A stretch of 29,705 bases of DNA, counting the filler, from an uncultured virus (IMG/VR IMGVR_UViG_2061766007_000535) (Duplodnaviria > Heunggongvirae > Uroviricota > Caudoviricetes). It is 2 parts of one record of this genome, joined end to end, with 100 filler letters (N's around TTAATTAATTAA, not from the genome) between each part and the next. Parts side by side here need not be neighbours in the genome. Positions count along the whole stretch, not along the records: positions 7,157 to 29,705 come from IMGVR_UViG_2061766007_000535; 1 more part is not named here. One strand, given 5' to 3'. The notes under the pieces were generated by a model. It had not been told where the DNA came from. It saw nothing but the letters and a program-made list of their open reading frames with translations, and ran no database searches. The position numbers were made by a program, and so were the translations under genes. This document shows, piece after piece, positions 8,162-17,525 of this stretch (within the stretch, counting starts at the first letter, position 1; the number at the start of each line of letters is the position of its first letter).

Positions 8162-10453
8162 ATGGCTACCTATGACACAATTTCTTTAATCAAGCATCTT
8201 CAACCTCTGACCATCGAAAAGCTCTTCGCCCCTATCAGCAAGCTCCTCGAACAGCCTACCGATGAATATCCGAACATTGAATTTCATCATCTGCTCGAAG
8301 ATATTGATGAACTTGGGCGACGCTGGCACATTTGCCTCAGCATCGAACATACGCCGAAAGAAGCAGGCCTCATTTCGAAAATCCATGACGCTCTTCAGTC
8401 TTTCCAAACCATACGCGATTCATCGTGCGATGGCATTCAAATCGCGAAACGCCTTTCGGAAACTGAAGAGAGCATGAATCTCGACGAAGACTTCGGGAAA
8501 TGGAACCGATATGAACAGGCTGCATATATTTATCTTTCGAACAAGAAGTTCTGGGATAAATGGTCGAATCTTGTCATTATCAGCGACTGCAGCCGGAAGA
8601 AGACTTGCATCAAGTATCCCAATCTTCCTTTGAAGATGCCGACGCAAAAGAAGTCGGACCTGAAGGCAATGGAGACGGTCGCAGTTGATTTTTTCAGGCT
8701 CATCAAGGGCAGTCGAAGCTGCAATATCCAAACTTACAGGCTTGGTCCGAACTACCATTATTTCGCGACGCTTCAGGAGAAACCCATTGTTCTGGAGATC
8801 GACAACCCGGAAAAGGACAAGTTTGAGCCGACCCGTGTCGTTCTGCCTTACCGTTTCGTTTTTTCGTTCAACGAGGAAGAGGGTGTGTTCTCCCTCTATG
8901 GCGTGGATGGTGTTTCCGACAGCAACACCCTGGCGTCTTTGCTCCTGAAGGTGCTGATCGGATATAATGGTGAATTGCTGCGGGAACCGAAACCTATCTA
9001 CAATCTCTCCCCCCTGAAGGACAGGAGCTTTCTGTTCGACATCGACGGATCGGATGGAATCGAGGACGTGATTTTCAAAAGCGTAACAGTACGTCCGATT
9101 GATGACCCAAAAAGTCAGATTACATTCTGTAACGGTGAAGACGGAGTATTTCACTGCATTGACAGGTATCTTGATGAAAAAGAACTGAAAATGGAGAACA
9201 TCGAATTCGTCCGCGCTGTTGTTCTTTTCAGGATGCGCCCAGAGTTCACAGCGTTTCGCCAGGCAACTTTTGATCTGAGTCTGACTGGTGACAACCTCTC
9301 CGAAAAGACTGATGCTCAAGCAAAACTGTTGAGGAAGTATATTCGGAGATGGAAGCTTCGCCTTGCCGGGGAACAGCTCAACACGACCTTGATCACGGAA
9401 CTCATCAAGTTTTCGTCCGGGGAAAAACCGATTATGAGCTACCAGTACAGGGAAATGCTGCCGAGTGCAGTGCGTTACGGCCTGATGGAATGGGGGTTTC
9501 TGAAGCGGACGCAAAATGCGGCATCCATACAAATCGGAGACTCCGCATTCAAAGTCGAATACTTTCAGAAGGCAAGCGGTGACGACCTTGCGCCTGTCGT
9601 GATCGGACAGAACGGAGATGTTGAAGAAATTGAAGATGAAGACATTGAACGATATCTTGTTGATTACTCTGCGTTGGCCGCACTTTTGCATGATGAACTG
9701 GAATGCAGAGGTCAGGCCAGAATGGAGCTGGACAATAAGGTCTGGTGGCTCGGAACCAAAGGGCAAGAAGGCCGGAACATATACTTTGTTCGCAACTGGC
9801 ACGGATTTCAGGATGTCCGCAATTTCCTCAGAGGTGTCAAGGACAGTTCTATCGTCATTTATATTGGCGACAGGCCGGAACATATTCGCATTGGGAACCG
9901 ATCTTCGGAAACGCCCGGCGCAGCATCCGACCTCCAGAATCAGTATTACGACATCAATGGGCTTGTAGAGTATTCCGATACTCAGGGATTCTTTGTTTCC
10001 GCTGAACCCATTTGGGAGAATCTCAAGACCATGTACGCCAGACGTCCCGTCAAACGGCGTGTCAAGGCTCCAGGCAAACAGGATCAAATACAGGAGGCTG
10101 TCGAAAGCTATGTCTGGCAGCATGGGATTGCGCTTGTCGATCTGATCAAGAGAAACATTGAGGGCGATGATCTGAATGAAACTGAAACGAAATGCCTGAC
10201 AGCCGTTTTCGGTTATACCAACAGGGATTTCTGCAAGAAGGTTTCCATTGAAGACTATCAGCTTTCCCGCGTAAAGGAGAAATGGGATGATTCGAAGGAA
10301 TGTCCCTTTGGCGTCATATACAAGGAACTGTTCAATATCCTTATCCCGCCGCAAAAGGATCGGTTCAATATCCTTGAAGCAAGGGAAGAGCGCGTCTCCT
10401 TCCTTCATAACTATTACCCTGAACTGCTCCGAAAGCTCCGCGACATTCGCTAA
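8162..10453 (+). CDS. Large hypothetical protein (763 aa), possibly with a C-terminal HTH
   Basis: Long gap-free ORF with a purine-rich RBS, followed by a terminator; more AT-rich than the replication genes; no recognisable catalytic motif. Confidence 0.85.
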   Translation: MATYDTISLIKHLQPLTIEKLFAPISKLLEQPTDEYPNIEFHHLLEDIDELGRRWHICLSIEHTPKEAGLISKIHDALQSFQTIRDSSCDGIQIAKRLSETEESMNLDEDFGKWNRYEQAAYIYLSNKKFWDKWSNLVIISDCSRKKTCIKYPNLPLKMPTQKKSDLKAMETVAVDFFRLIKGSRSCNIQTYRLGPNYHYFATLQEKPIVLEIDNPEKDKFEPTRVVLPYRFVFSFNEEEGVFSLYGVDGVSDSNTLASLLLKVLIGYNGELLREPKPIYNLSPLKDRSFLFDIDGSDGIEDVIFKSVTVRPIDDPKSQITFCNGEDGVFHCIDRYLDEKELKMENIEFVRAVVLFRMRPEFTAFRQATFDLSLTGDNLSEKTDAQAKLLRKYIRRWKLRLAGEQLNTTLITELIKFSSGEKPIMSYQYREMLPSAVRYGLMEWGFLKRTQNAASIQIGDSAFKVEYFQKASGDDLAPVVIGQNGDVEEIEDEDIERYLVDYSALAALLHDELECRGQARMELDNKVWWLGTKGQEGRNIYFVRNWHGFQDVRNFLRGVKDSSIVIYIGDRPEHIRIGNRSSETPGAASDLQNQYYDINGLVEYSDTQGFFVSAEPIWENLKTMYARRPVKRRVKAPGKQDQIQEAVESYVWQHGIALVDLIKRNIEGDDLNETETKCLTAVFGYTNRDFCKKVSIEDYQLSRVKEKWDDSKECPFGVIYKELFNILIPPQKDRFNILEAREERVSFLHNYYPELLRKLRDIR

Positions 10454-10522
10454 GGACTCAATCGTTTTTGTGATTTAACAATGGCGCCAGACGGCGCGTT
10501 TGTAAGTCACTGTCAAGGGTTG

Positions 10523-10558
10523 CCCCGCACTGGCAGATTTGCTGGTTGCGGGGTTTTT
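10523..10558 (+). terminator. Probable intrinsic terminator after the 763-aa gene
   Basis: CCCCGCA...TGCGGGG stem followed by TTTTT. Confidence 0.6.
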
Positions 10559-10800
10559 CGTCTATCGACATCACGAAACGAATGCATGAAAAGAAGCAAT
10601 GCGGCTTCTTTCTTGCAGAATTGCAGCAAACGTCCGATTTGCAAGACGCAAAAACAAAAATATTCATTTATATCTCGCTGACTGTTATATAGTTGCACAA
10701 GGATAAACCTTGCAACGAACGAAAATTTTTGCAATTCCGCACTGGGTGTTCACCCGGAAATAATCCGGCAAGGAAACCAAACGAACCCAAGAGGTGCGCA

Positions 10801-11466
10801 ATGCAAAACACAATCAAGAAGGCTGCGGCCGCTCCAGCCCGCATCGGGATTCCCTCCGATGAGGAAATCTACACATCCCCCGAAATCAACCGCATGATCA
10901 GCGTTGCGGGGAACCGTCTCATCTCGTCCGGTCTCTTCCCTCCCTGGAGCCGCGAAGACGAGGAAGAGGATCTGAAACTGAAGCTTCTCGAAAAGATTCA
11001 CGAAAGCAACTTTGACCCGAAGAAGGGAGATTTCAATGCTTTCGCCGGGGCCATTATCAGACGTCTTGCCGGTCTCCGAATTTATGAAGCTCGGAAAAAG
11101 GCCTTTGCCGATGGGCATATCTGGTCTGATGACATTTCCCTGGATTCACCGGAAGGAGAGAAACTGAAGGTCATTGATTGTTTGGTTGATGACCATGATT
11201 ACTCCGCAGAAGAACGGCATGCCAGGCTCGAACGCATTGAGAAGGTTCACAAGGTCCTGGAAACCATGCCGGAAGAGTATCGCTATGTTTGGAAACGCCT
11301 CTGCGAGGGAGTGTCCCAGCGCCAACTCGCAAAGGAATTGGGATACAAGTCACATGCCGGATTTCAGCAGAAATACATGTGGCGCTTCAAGGCTGAATTC
11401 GTCAAAGCGGGAATCCGCCGGATAGAAACGAAAGGAGGGGGTGCAAGACAGAAAACTGTTGAATAA
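10801..11466 (+). CDS. Sigma-70 family (ECF/group 3-4-like) RNA polymerase sigma factor
   Basis: Region-2-like EDEEEDLKLKLLE...FDPKKGDFNAFAGAIIR; ISLD linker; region-4 LETMPEEYRYVW...GVSQRQLAKELG; RBS GAGGT before the ATG at 10801. Confidence 0.8.
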   Translation: MQNTIKKAAAAPARIGIPSDEEIYTSPEINRMISVAGNRLISSGLFPPWSREDEEEDLKLKLLEKIHESNFDPKKGDFNAFAGAIIRRLAGLRIYEARKKAFADGHIWSDDISLDSPEGEKLKVIDCLVDDHDYSAEERHARLERIEKVHKVLETMPEEYRYVWKRLCEGVSQRQLAKELGYKSHAGFQQKYMWRFKAEFVKAGIRRIETKGGGARQKTVE

Positions 11467-11529
11467 CCATCCCGCTTCAAAAAAACGTGAACAACAAAAA
11501 AAATCAAAAAAAGTTATCCCAAAAGCCAG

Positions 11530-11576
11530 GTTTTATACCGTCCACATCGACGATTTTCTGAAATAATACTGGTAGG
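11530..11576 (+). promoter_or_regulatory. 47-bp conserved motif, right copy (putative promoter of the replication operon)
   Basis: GTTTTATACCGTCCACATCGACGATTTTCTGAAATAATACTGGTAGG, 31 bp before the ATG at 11608 and preceded by A-tracts. Confidence 0.65.
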
Positions 11577-11607
11577 AACAAGTCACTTCAACCGAAAGAA
11601 AAACACC

Positions 11608-12408
11608 ATGACAAACTTCATCATCCACGAACCCGCCAACGAATACCACGAACGCAGCCGCAACGGTGAATACATGTCGAGCCACCTTCTGGCCGACTTC
11701 CGCGAAAGTCCTGCCCTGTACTACAAAGAAATAACGGGACAGATCGAACAGAAAGAGTCCGCGGCTTTCACCCTTGGTCGTGCCGCCCACAGCCTGATCC
11801 TCGAAGGCCGCCACGTTTTCGAACACGATTTTGTGGTCTGCAACGGCCCCGTCAATCCCCGGACTGGCGAACCCTTCGGCAAGACCACCAAGGCCTATGC
11901 GGACTGGCTGGCGGAACAGGACCGCGAAGTCATTTCCGAGAAGGACTTCGGTTTCATCATGAAGCTCCAGGCGGCCGTCAGCATCCACCCCGAAGCCCTG
12001 AAACTTCTCGCGAAAGGCGAGGCTGAGGGCGTTGTTCGGGCCTGCTGTTGTGGTGTCCCCTGCCAGATCAGGATGGATTGGTTCAACCCGGAATTCGGCC
12101 TCGTTGACCTCAAGACCTGCGACAGCCTGCGCTGGTTCGAGTCCGACTGCCGCCGCTACGGCTACATCCACCAGATGGCATTCTACCGCATGGTCCTCCG
12201 CGCCGTTTCCGGCACGACCTTCCCGGTCTACATGATCGCGGTCGAGAAGAACGAGCCGTTTTCGGCTGGCGTCTGGAAGCTCACGGATGAAGTCCTCGAC
12301 CTCGCCGAGAACACGAACAAGGCGGCGTTGAACCGCTACCGCGAGTGCGACAACTCCGGCATATGGCCCACCGGCTTCGAAGAAATCCGCATTATCGACA
12401 CCCTCTAA
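11608..12408 (+). CDS. PD-(D/E)XK exonuclease, RecE/exonuclease VIII-like (DUF3799-type)
   Basis: EYH...MSSH.L...LGRAAHSLILE...IRMDW...VDLKT...YGYIHQMAFY. Confidence 0.88.
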   Translation: MTNFIIHEPANEYHERSRNGEYMSSHLLADFRESPALYYKEITGQIEQKESAAFTLGRAAHSLILEGRHVFEHDFVVCNGPVNPRTGEPFGKTTKAYADWLAEQDREVISEKDFGFIMKLQAAVSIHPEALKLLAKGEAEGVVRACCCGVPCQIRMDWFNPEFGLVDLKTCDSLRWFESDCRRYGYIHQMAFYRMVLRAVSGTTFPVYMIAVEKNEPFSAGVWKLTDEVLDLAENTNKAALNRYRECDNSGIWPTGFEEIRIIDTL

Positions 12409-12441
12409 TTCCATTCCATAACAACACACAGGAGAAACATC

Positions 12442-13641
12442 ATGAACAAAACCGCTACCCCCAAAATCATCGTCAAGCTCGTTGAAGTCACTCCCGACAT
12501 GGCCTGCGAAATGCTTGAGAAGAACACCATGAACCGGAACATCGACCAGAAGCGTGTCGACCAGTATGCTCAGGACATGAGATGCGGACGCTGGCAGATG
12601 AACGGCACGACCATCGTCTTTGCCGATGACGGAACGCTCCTTGACGGTCAGCACCGTCTCTGGGCTGTTGTCGAAGCCAAGGTTTCTGTTCAGCTCCTCA
12701 TCGTCTACAATGCAGACAAAGACAGCATCGTCACGTTCGACATCGGCAAGACCCGCACGGCCAGTAACATCATGCAGATCGAACGTTCGGCGCATTCCGT
12801 CACCGCAGCAACGCTGACGAAGCTTCTCTGGCTCCACGATTTCGTTGACTGCAACCTCTCCCCAAAAACCTGCCAGAGGGACGTCAGCAACAACGACCTC
12901 CGCGAGTTCTACAACGAACGCAAGGACATGATNNNNNNNNNNTGCCTACTGCGTCATCGGCAGAAACACCGCCTACCGCTACAAGCTGAAAGCCTTCTTC
13001 GATACGCTCAAGACCGGCTCCGATATCGGNNNNNNNNNNTTCCGTCACCGCCGCGACCCTGACGAAGCTCCTCTGGCTCCACGATTTCGTTGACAGCAAC
13101 CTCGCCCCCAAAACCTGTCAGAGGGATGTCAGCAACAACGACCTCCGCGAGTTCTACAACGAACGCAAGGACATGATCGAACTGGCCGCCGACGTTGCCG
13201 AACACGGCGGACACCACTTTGTGAAGTCCCACATGGCGCTCGCCTACTGCGTCATCGGCAAGAACACCGCCTATCGCTACAAGCTGAAAGCCTTCTTCGA
13301 CACGCTCAAAACCGGCTCCGATATCGGCATGAAACACCCGATTATGACACTCCGCAACAGACTGTTTGAAAATCGCCTTGGCGTCCGGTCCCTCTCCGTT
13401 CAGGAAACCCTCGCCGCCTACATCCGCGTCTGGAACGCCTACGTCCGCGGNNNNNNNNNNAATGAAACACCCGATCATGACTCTTCGCAACAGACTGTTT
13501 GAAAACCGCCTTGGCGTCCGGTCTCTTTCCGTCCAGGAAACCCTTGCCGCCTACATCCGTGTCTGGAACGCCTATGTCCGCGGCAACGACCTGAGCGTCA
13601 TCCGCTGGAACGCAACCGAACCGATGCCTGAGGTGCTCTGA
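12442..13641 (+). CDS. Phage ParB/Srx-like protein with DGQHR motif, in four overlapping allelic fragments
   Basis: VTP..A..ML..N..NR...YA.DM..G.W..NG..I.F...G.LLDGQHRL.A; ends PMPEVL with stop at 13641, coupled to the ParB-1 start. Confidence 0.75.
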
Positions 13642-13757
13642 TGGACAACACCACTGAGAAATTCGACGATTTCCTTTTCNNNNNNNNNNCTTCCTCCAGG
13701 CGTATGGAAACTCCGTTGCGCCCGCTGTGGACGCGGCCTCATAAAAGGAGATTCACC

Positions 13758-13982
13758 ATGTCCGACCATATCGCTGTCGCGAAGCACAACCACTTCTGCG
13801 ACTTCTGCGGCGGGCTGATCCCGAAGGGGACGAAATGCAGGATCATTCACGACGACTTCATGCCGAAGCTCGTGTACTTCGAACATCTGCACTGCCCGCC
13901 GCCCAGAGCCGTATCCGCCGAAACCATCAACCCGAAGAAACCCGTCAAAACCAACTTCAAGCCCGCAGTCTGCTGCGGCTGA
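13758..13982 (+). CDS. Small Cys/His-rich protein (allele)
   Basis: Homologue of 2829-3053. Confidence 0.75.
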   Translation: MSDHIAVAKHNHFCDFCGGLIPKGTKCRIIHDDFMPKLVYFEHLHCPPPRAVSAETINPKKPVKTNFKPAVCCG

Positions 13983-13999
13983 CAGAAAGGAATAACATC

Positions 14000-14476
14000 A
14001 TGGCCATCCTCAATTTCAATGCCAACGAAGTCGAACCGAGCAAAGCGTTCGATCCCATCCCCGCAGGGAAATACATCGCCGTCATCACCGACTCCGAAAT
14101 GAAAGACACCCGTGCCGGAACCGGACGCTACCTTCAGCTCGAATTCGAGATCACAGACGGCGAGTTCGCCGGACGCAAGGTCTGGGCTCGCCTGAACATC
14201 GAAAACAGAAATCCCGAAGCCGTCCGCATGGCCCGCGCCGACCTGTCCGCCATCTGCCGTGCAGTCAACGTCCTCACCCCCGGCGATTCCGCCGACCTCC
14301 ACAACCTCCCGCTCGTCATCAAGGTCCACGTCAGGAAGGATAAGAACACCGGCGAGATCTCCAACGAAATCCGCGGGTACGAAAGCAAGGCCGCGTTCAA
14401 GCCGGAACCGAAACAGGCCGTGGCTCCGGTCTCCTCCCAGACCGCGCGTGTCCCCGCGAAGCCGCCGTGGATGTGA
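14000..14476 (+). CDS. DUF669-type SSB-like protein (complete allele)
   Basis: MAILNFNANEVEP...KPPWM; followed by a rusA start fragment at 14476-14564. Confidence 0.82.
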   Translation: MAILNFNANEVEPSKAFDPIPAGKYIAVITDSEMKDTRAGTGRYLQLEFEITDGEFAGRKVWARLNIENRNPEAVRMARADLSAICRAVNVLTPGDSADLHNLPLVIKVHVRKDKNTGEISNEIRGYESKAAFKPEPKQAVAPVSSQTARVPAKPPWM

Positions 14477-14759
14477 TGGCGGTCGAACTTGAACTGCCGT
14501 GGCCGCCAAGCCTAAACCACTATTACCGGCACGTCGGTCCCCGCGTCCTCATCAGCCGCGATGGNNNNNNNNNNACGACCTGGAGCATGTCATGGCCAGC
14601 ATGAAGGCTAAAGGTTACGACAACGGACACCCGATCATCCTGTGGGAAGGACATGATCTGACGGTCATTGACGGGCATACCCGTCTTGCCGCCGCCCAGA
14701 AGCTTCTGTTCGCCAGAATCCCCGTAATCCTTAAGAAGTTCAAGGACGANNNNNNNNNN

Positions 14760-15585
14760 GGACAACACCACTGAGAAACTCGACGATTTCCTTTTCGTCA
14801 CGCAAGACCCCACCACGATGGCAAATCCGCTGGAAATCAAAACAGCCTCTCCGTTCAAGGATCTGTTCCCCGTCAAGCAGAACGACCTGGAGCGCGTCAT
14901 GACCAGTATGAAAGCCAAAGGGTACGACAACGGACACCCGATCATCTTGTGGGAAGGACACAATATGACGGTCGTTGATGGGCATACCCGTCTGGCCGCC
15001 GCACAAAAGCTTCTGTTCGCCAGAATCCCCGTGATCCTTAAGAAATTCAAGGACGAGGCCGAAGCTCTGGAATACGCCATCGAATCGCAGGTCAATCGCA
15101 GGAATCTGACAGATGCCGAACTGCTCAAATGCCTGACGGAACTCGACAAAAGGAAGAAAACGGGACCGGCAAAGAGTTTAGCCTCACGTGAGGCTAAACT
15201 CGGAAAGAGCGCCGAAGAGACGGCGTCCATCCTCGGTGTCTCCCGCGCGAAAGTCGAGCGCCTCCGCACCGTCAACGACCACGCATCGGACGAGATCAAG
15301 GACGCCGTCAAGGACGGAAAGCTATCCCTCAACAAAGCGTACAAGGCGACAATGGACGCGCGACACGCGGAAGAATGTTCCGATGAGGCCGATCCCGTCG
15401 ACACCAAAGCAGACCGGCTGCTTGCCCTGGAAAACAGCTACTGCTGCGCCCTGACCGCGCGAACCGACCGCGAGTTGAAGCAGTACCCGGAAATCCGGTA
15501 TTCCGCAAAGGAACTCGCTGCTCTCAGGAAAAAAATTGTCGAAAAGCTCGACGCAGAACTCAACAGATTCAGAGGAAACAACTGA
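14760..15585 (+). CDS. ParB-like paralogue 1 (start codon lost in the gap; an allele fragment lies at 14575-14749)
   Basis: VVDGHTRLAAA; orthologue of 1-813. Confidence 0.85.
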
Positions 15586-15587
15586 CT

Positions 15588-16406
15588 ATGGCAAACCGCG
15601 AAATCGATAAGACCGAATCCATCTTCAAGGAAATGGATTACACCTCCACGCTTGTGAACACCGATAGCCTCCGCACTGCGGCTCCCTTCAAAAACCTCTT
15701 CCCGATCCGCGAAGATATCCTTAGCAAAATCACCGAGGATATGAAGCAGCACGGCTTCGACAGGGCTCATCCGATTGCCGTGTGGTCGGGACATAACCTG
15801 ACGGTGGTCGACGGACACACCCGGCTTCTCGCCGCTATCAAGCTCGGCTTTCCGCAGATCCCAGTTGTCCTCAAAAAGTTCGCCAATGAGGAAAAGGCTC
15901 TGGAGTACGCCATTGATTCGCAGGCCAACCGCCGGAACCTGACCGATGCCGAACTCATGAAATGTCTTTCTCTTCTCGACCGCCGCAGGAAGGCCGGACG
16001 TCCCAGAACGGGCGACCCCACTCCGGGAAGAAGCGCCGAAAGAACAGCCATGCTCCTCGGAACCTCACGGGGGACGGTCGAGAAGATTCGCTCGATCCTG
16101 GATCACGCGCCGGAGGAAATCAAGGAAGCCATCAGGTCCGGCAACCTCACCATCAACAAGGCGTATGTCATCACGATGGGGAAACGGAAAATCAGCAAAT
16201 GCCGGGATGAAGATGAACTCCGGGCTGCGATGGCGGCCGAACTGAAAAAGAACCTCAGCAAGGCATTCCGAGACTGCATCGCAGAACTCAAAAAGAAGTA
16301 TCCCGGCATCCTGCCGACCAAAGAGCAAGCTGCAGAAGTGCTGAAAGTAGCCTGCGCAACACTCAAAACCGAGCTTGATAAGCTCACACAGAAAGGAAAG
16401 AAGTGA
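15588..16406 (+). CDS. ParB-like paralogue 2
   Basis: Orthologue of 816-1634, also 272 aa. Confidence 0.85.
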   Translation: MANREIDKTESIFKEMDYTSTLVNTDSLRTAAPFKNLFPIREDILSKITEDMKQHGFDRAHPIAVWSGHNLTVVDGHTRLLAAIKLGFPQIPVVLKKFANEEKALEYAIDSQANRRNLTDAELMKCLSLLDRRRKAGRPRTGDPTPGRSAERTAMLLGTSRGTVEKIRSILDHAPEEIKEAIRSGNLTINKAYVITMGKRKISKCRDEDELRAAMAAELKKNLSKAFRDCIAELKKKYPGILPTKEQAAEVLKVACATLKTELDKLTQKGKK

Positions 16407-16492
16407 GAATGGGAAAATAAGTTCACCTAAGACAGCATCATAGTTTCAGAAAAAGTGTTCAGAAAAGAGTTCATAATGAAAGGAAAAGGAAA

Positions 16493-17263
16493 ATGGGAAT
16501 GCTTGAAAGCATTAAGTCAGGACGAGAGAACAAGCCGCCGAGAATCATGGTTTACGGTCAGGAGGGAGTCGGGAAGTCGACCTTCGGGGCGTCTGCACCC
16601 GCTCCCATCATCATCCAGACCGAGGATGGTCTTGGCGAGATAGACTGTTGCAAGTTCCCGCTTGCGCAGAGCGTCGGCGATGTTCTCGATTCTCTGACTG
16701 CCCTCCGCGATGAGGAACACAACTTCCGCACCGTGGTCATCGACTCTCTCGATTGGCTTGAACGCCTGATCTTCGACGAAATCTGCAAGGAGTTCGGCGT
16801 CCGATCCATCGAGAAAGCCGATGGGGGGTATGGCAAGGGATATGTGGACGCCCTCGTCCACTGGCGCAAGGTCATCGCTCTCCTCGACGAGCTTCGCAAC
16901 AAACGCGGCATGATGGTCATCCTGCTCGCCCATGCGAAGGTCGAGAGATTCGAGGACCCGGAGAACGCGGCCTATGACCGTTACTCGCCCAGACTCCACA
17001 AACATGCCGCAAGCCTTATCTCCGAATGGGTCGACGGCGTCTTCTTCGCCACCAAGCGCCTCCGCGTCTCCAAGGACGGCGACAGCCGCGTTATCGCCGC
17101 TCCCATCGGCGCGGACGGCGGTGAACGCATCCTTCGCACGAACGGAAGCCCCGCCTGCATCGCCAAGAACCGCTACAGTCTCCCCAGCGAGATTCCGCTT
17201 TCCTGGAATGCATTTATCGAGGCTTACAGAAACTCCGTTGCTTCTGCGGCAACGGCCTCATAA
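16493..17263 (+). CDS. Phage AAA_24 / Sak4-like ATPase (complete)
   Basis: GQEGVGKST, VVIDSLD, ILLAH and AKNR motifs. Confidence 0.88.
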   Translation: MGMLESIKSGRENKPPRIMVYGQEGVGKSTFGASAPAPIIIQTEDGLGEIDCCKFPLAQSVGDVLDSLTALRDEEHNFRTVVIDSLDWLERLIFDEICKEFGVRSIEKADGGYGKGYVDALVHWRKVIALLDELRNKRGMMVILLAHAKVERFEDPENAAYDRYSPRLHKHAASLISEWVDGVFFATKRLRVSKDGDSRVIAAPIGADGGERILRTNGSPACIAKNRYSLPSEIPLSWNAFIEAYRNSVASAATAS

Positions 17264-17274
17264 GGAGATTCGAA

Positions 17275-17499
17275 ATGTCCGACCACATCGCCATCGCAAA
17301 GCATAATCACATCTGCGACTTCTGCGGCGGCATGATTCCCAAGGGAACGAAGTGCAGAATCATCCACGACGACTTCATGCCGCATCTCGTCTACTTCGAG
17401 CATCTGCACTGCCCGCCCTCAAAGCCCGTGTTCGTCAGCTCATCCACCCCGAAGAAACCCGTCAAACCCAAAATCACGCCCGCATACTGCGGCTGCTGA
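17275..17499 (+). CDS. Small Cys/His-rich protein
   Basis: HICDFC...EHLHC; RBS AAGGAG. Confidence 0.75.
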   Translation: MSDHIAIAKHNHICDFCGGMIPKGTKCRIIHDDFMPHLVYFEHLHCPPSKPVFVSSSTPKKPVKPKITPAYCGC

Positions 17500-17525
17500 A
17501 CAACAAACCGAAAGGACTATTCACT

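Noticed and set aside
8420..10408. 662-aa antisense ORF, and similar long minus-strand ORFs such as 827-2191 and 11533-12837
   Set aside because: They are shadows of well-supported plus-strand genes and show no recognisable motifs.
13690..14749. Different gene order (Cys/His protein-DUF669-rusA placed before ParB-1)
   Set aside because: These are gap-bounded fragments inserted between two versions of the ParB-1 start (13641 and 14760); scaffolding artefact.
16493..17263. ParA partner for the ParB genes
   Set aside because: It lacks the deviant Walker A (KGGxGK) of ParA; the motifs and DUF669 linkage fit AAA_24/Sak4-like proteins.
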